Origin: Verrucomicrobiales bacterium
GTDB taxonomy: Bacteria > Verrucomicrobiota > Verrucomicrobiia > Limisphaerales > UBA9464
Length of the DNA stretch: 57,578 bases
Assembly: GCA_005793375.1 (NCBI GenBank)
Contig: SXSK01000045.1
Span: forward strand, 1-57,578
Direction of reading: 5' to 3'
The notes beneath the pieces were generated by a model, which did not search any database, was not told the origin of the DNA, and worked only from the letters and a program-made list of their open reading frames with translations. Positions 55,202 through 57,578 of the stretch are shown piece by piece. The translations under genes were made by a program, and so were the position numbers. Every line of letters starts with the position of its first letter. Position 1 is the stretch's first letter.

Positions 55202-56335
55202 ATGGCCCTGCAGGATCTAACACCGCAATTGCGCACCCGGTTGAGCCGGGTGGAACGTGTCGTCGGCCTGTTCGTGTTCATGGCGGTTGTCGCCATGGTC
55301 GCTGGCTTGGTCTTCTACGTCCGTCATCGAATGGTCCAGGAAGGCTACGGGCTCAAAAAAATCCCTTACTACACGTATGTCAGCGACTCCTCAGGACTTC
55401 AACCGGGCACGCCCGTGAAAATGATGGGGTTCACCGTTGGAGAAGTCGTCAAAGTGGATCGTAGTCCTGACGAATGGTGGATGGTGGAAAACAACTTAAA
55501 TGTCTACGTCAAGTTCATCGTTCGTGAGCCCTATTTCGATTATATCCAGACCGATTCCCGCGCGCGGCTCGGTTCTGGCGACTTTCTGGGGACGCGGTTT
55601 CTGGAGGTGACACGTGGCAAGAGTTATGTGCTCACGGTGGGGAATTGGCGGAGTAAAGTTCCTTGGGTGGCCAGTGATGATTGGGCCACCGACCAATATC
55701 TGAACCCGACTAATTCGTCGTTGCCAATGCTATATCGGCCATTAAATCGGCAGCCGAATGGGTTCTTTCTGGTGGCCGAAGAAACCCCACCGCTGCCGGA
55801 ACAACTGGCCGGTGTGGCGAAAAGAGTCGATCTGGCGTTGCCCAACGTGTTTGCGCTGACGAACAAAGTGGACGCGGTGCTTAGCAACCTGGTGTCGCTC
55901 ACTCATGAGATTGAGAGAACATTGCCGGAGGTGAAGAAGACCTTGAACGAAGCCGAGCATTTGTTGGGCGACACGCGGAAACTCACGCAGAAGCCGGGTG
56001 GTATCGGCGACCTCTTGATACCTCCCGGTCTGAACGGGCAACTCTCGAATGTGCTCGAGGATGTGCACGCCAACGCTCAGAACCTCGGACCGTTGGTGAC
56101 CAACATCAGCCTCGCGGTCTCCGACATGCGTGCCACCCTCGTCACCGTCCAGGCGACGGTGAGCAACCTCCAGAGCCAACTCACGGCCAATACCAACTTG
56201 GCTCCGGCGGTGACACAAGTCGCAGAAAAAACCGCGCAACTCGTCGAGACAACCGACATATTGCTCCGGCGTCACTGGCTCTTTCGCTCGGCGTTCAAGA
56301 CCAACAAGACCGACAAGTCCCCGGTTCCTCGCTAA
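55202..56335 (+). CDS. mlaD: MlaD/MCE-domain protein with a long helical extension
   Basis: ERVVGLFV TM, SSGLQPGTPVKMMGFTVGEV, DFLGTRFLEVT; coiled C-terminal region ending LRRHWLFRSAF. Confidence 0.88.
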   Translation: MALQDLTPQLRTRLSRVERVVGLFVFMAVVAMVAGLVFYVRHRMVQEGYGLKKIPYYTYVSDSSGLQPGTPVKMMGFTVGEVVKVDRSPDEWWMVENNLNVYVKFIVREPYFDYIQTDSRARLGSGDFLGTRFLEVTRGKSYVLTVGNWRSKVPWVASDDWATDQYLNPTNSSLPMLYRPLNRQPNGFFLVAEETPPLPEQLAGVAKRVDLALPNVFALTNKVDAVLSNLVSLTHEIERTLPEVKKTLNEAEHLLGDTRKLTQKPGGIGDLLIPPGLNGQLSNVLEDVHANAQNLGPLVTNISLAVSDMRATLVTVQATVSNLQSQLTANTNLAPAVTQVAEKTAQLVETTDILLRRHWLFRSAFKTNKTDKSPVPR

Positions 56336-56378
56336 AGTCGCACCGTGGAGTCTCACGAGCAACGGGAGTTGCCGTGGT

Positions 56379-57440
56379 TCACAATATTTTGTCCCAGGAG
56401 GTTGGATCTTTGAGAAGGCGTTCGCGAATCAGCCGAACCGGAGGCGCTCCAAACGCCAGTACCGCGTCGTGAAACTGCCGCTCAGAAAACCGCGATCCCT
56501 CCTGGGCTTGAACATCACGTCGCAGTTTCAATAGCTGCAATTTGCCCAGTGTGTAGAAGCAATAGCCTGGATCGTAGGTGCCCCGCACCGCTTCCTGACG
56601 CGCTGGTTTTTCTGCGTAGTGACAATGTTGCTTAAAGAACTGAGTGGCGTCATTCACTGAAGCGCCCAGGCAGTGCAACTGAATGGAAACGCAGAGGCGA
56701 CACAATCGCAGGAGGGCTTCGTCCGATTGTGCCAGCCGATACTTTGCCGCGCGGATGGGATCGTACGCGCCTGGGCCGGCGAACCCAGCGTCGAGGACCA
56801 TCTGTTCCGTGTAATGCGCCCAACCTTCTACAAACGCATAACTCGTCACAATCTTCGCGACATCGCTGGCCTTGGAGGCGTTTAGGGCGAGGAATTGCAC
56901 ATAGTGACCTGGATAGGCCTCGTGGATGCTGACGACGTCGGTTGTGTAATAATTGAACGCCGTCAGCCACTCGTCCTTTTGGTCGGGGGTCCATTCTGGT
57001 TCAGTGGGCGTGACATAATAATACGCCTCGGTGGCACGGGTCTCGAAAGGGCCCGGGGTCTCCATGGAAGCGAAGCTCGTGGCCCGAAACGGCGGCAACG
57101 TGGCCTCCACTCGCGCTCGGACTTCGCTGGGAATGGTGACGAGTTCCTTCGCCACTACAAATTCCCGGATGGCCTCGAGATTTTTGCGGGTATCCGGTAG
57201 CAGACTGGTTTCGGTGGGATGATCCCGTTGCACGGCGCGGAATACCTCGATTGCCGGCAGGTTGGGATCAATGATCTTTGCCGCGGCGACAAATCGCGCT
57301 TCCTCGGCGGCCAGCTCGCGCAGGCCAATTTCCAATATCTGTTTTGGATCCAGATCAATCCGTTCAGCCCTCAACATGGCGCTGAATGCCTCCGTCCCTA
57401 TGGCGAACCGATCGTTGGCTCGAGGCAGGCACTCGCGCTT
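56379..57440 (-). pseudogene. 5'-truncated DUF885-family protein
   Basis: HEAYPGHY, FVEGWAHYTE, YTLGKLQLLKLR, FHDAVLAFGAPP. The reading frame looks coding back to ~57440 (KRECLPRANDRFAIG), then hits an in-frame TAA at 57455-57453. The N-terminal part is missing. Confidence 0.75.
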
Positions 57441-57578
57441 AGTTCTACATTGTTATAAAAAGAGATTGCGAATTCGCAGCGCCGACGCAATGATTTTCCC
57501 AGCGAACAGAAACTAAAACATACGGAGAAACCCATCTCGGCCGCCCGCTGGCGGCCTTCAAAAAAATGAGACACCCGA
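57441..57578. mobile_element. Possible end of an insertion sequence interrupting the DUF885 gene
   Basis: Abrupt switch to AT-rich non-coding DNA at a TA dinucleotide (57440-57441), mid-gene. No transposase or partner inverted repeat is visible. Confidence 0.35.

Overview
A gene-dense, GC-rich bacterial segment of about 33 genes. The gene families point to a Verrucomicrobiota (Pedosphaera/Limisphaera-like) host: long-form GreA, HTH-MBL hydrolase, tandem DUF1080, Tat-exported orphan proteins and a Verrucomicrobia-type C-terminal domain. This assignment is inference. I found no rRNA, tRNA, CRISPR array or intact transposase. The most striking region is an 8-gene co-directional cluster (520-12197). 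Three different SPFH/HflK-HflC-like genes (no ftsH) and a P1B-ATPase with an unusual CPC + HNxGS motif set sit inside a four-part ABC system resembling PilGHI/XapABCD: two permeases, an ATPase and a membrane-anchored helical protein. Other notable genes are a fused GHMP sugar kinase/UDP-sugar pyrophosphorylase in a GT2-MFS operon, and a 3146-aa secreted protein with 7 proprotein-convertase P domains, about 19 cadherin-like repeats and no protease domain. The window also has a Gfo/Idh/MocA + DUF1080 pair, an Mla operon with a degenerate ATPase, an internally deleted FMN reductase and a REP-like palindrome family in convergent gaps. A DUF885 gene is cut off by AT-rich, possibly IS-derived DNA at the right end. 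All family calls come from motif recognition by eye; no searches were run.
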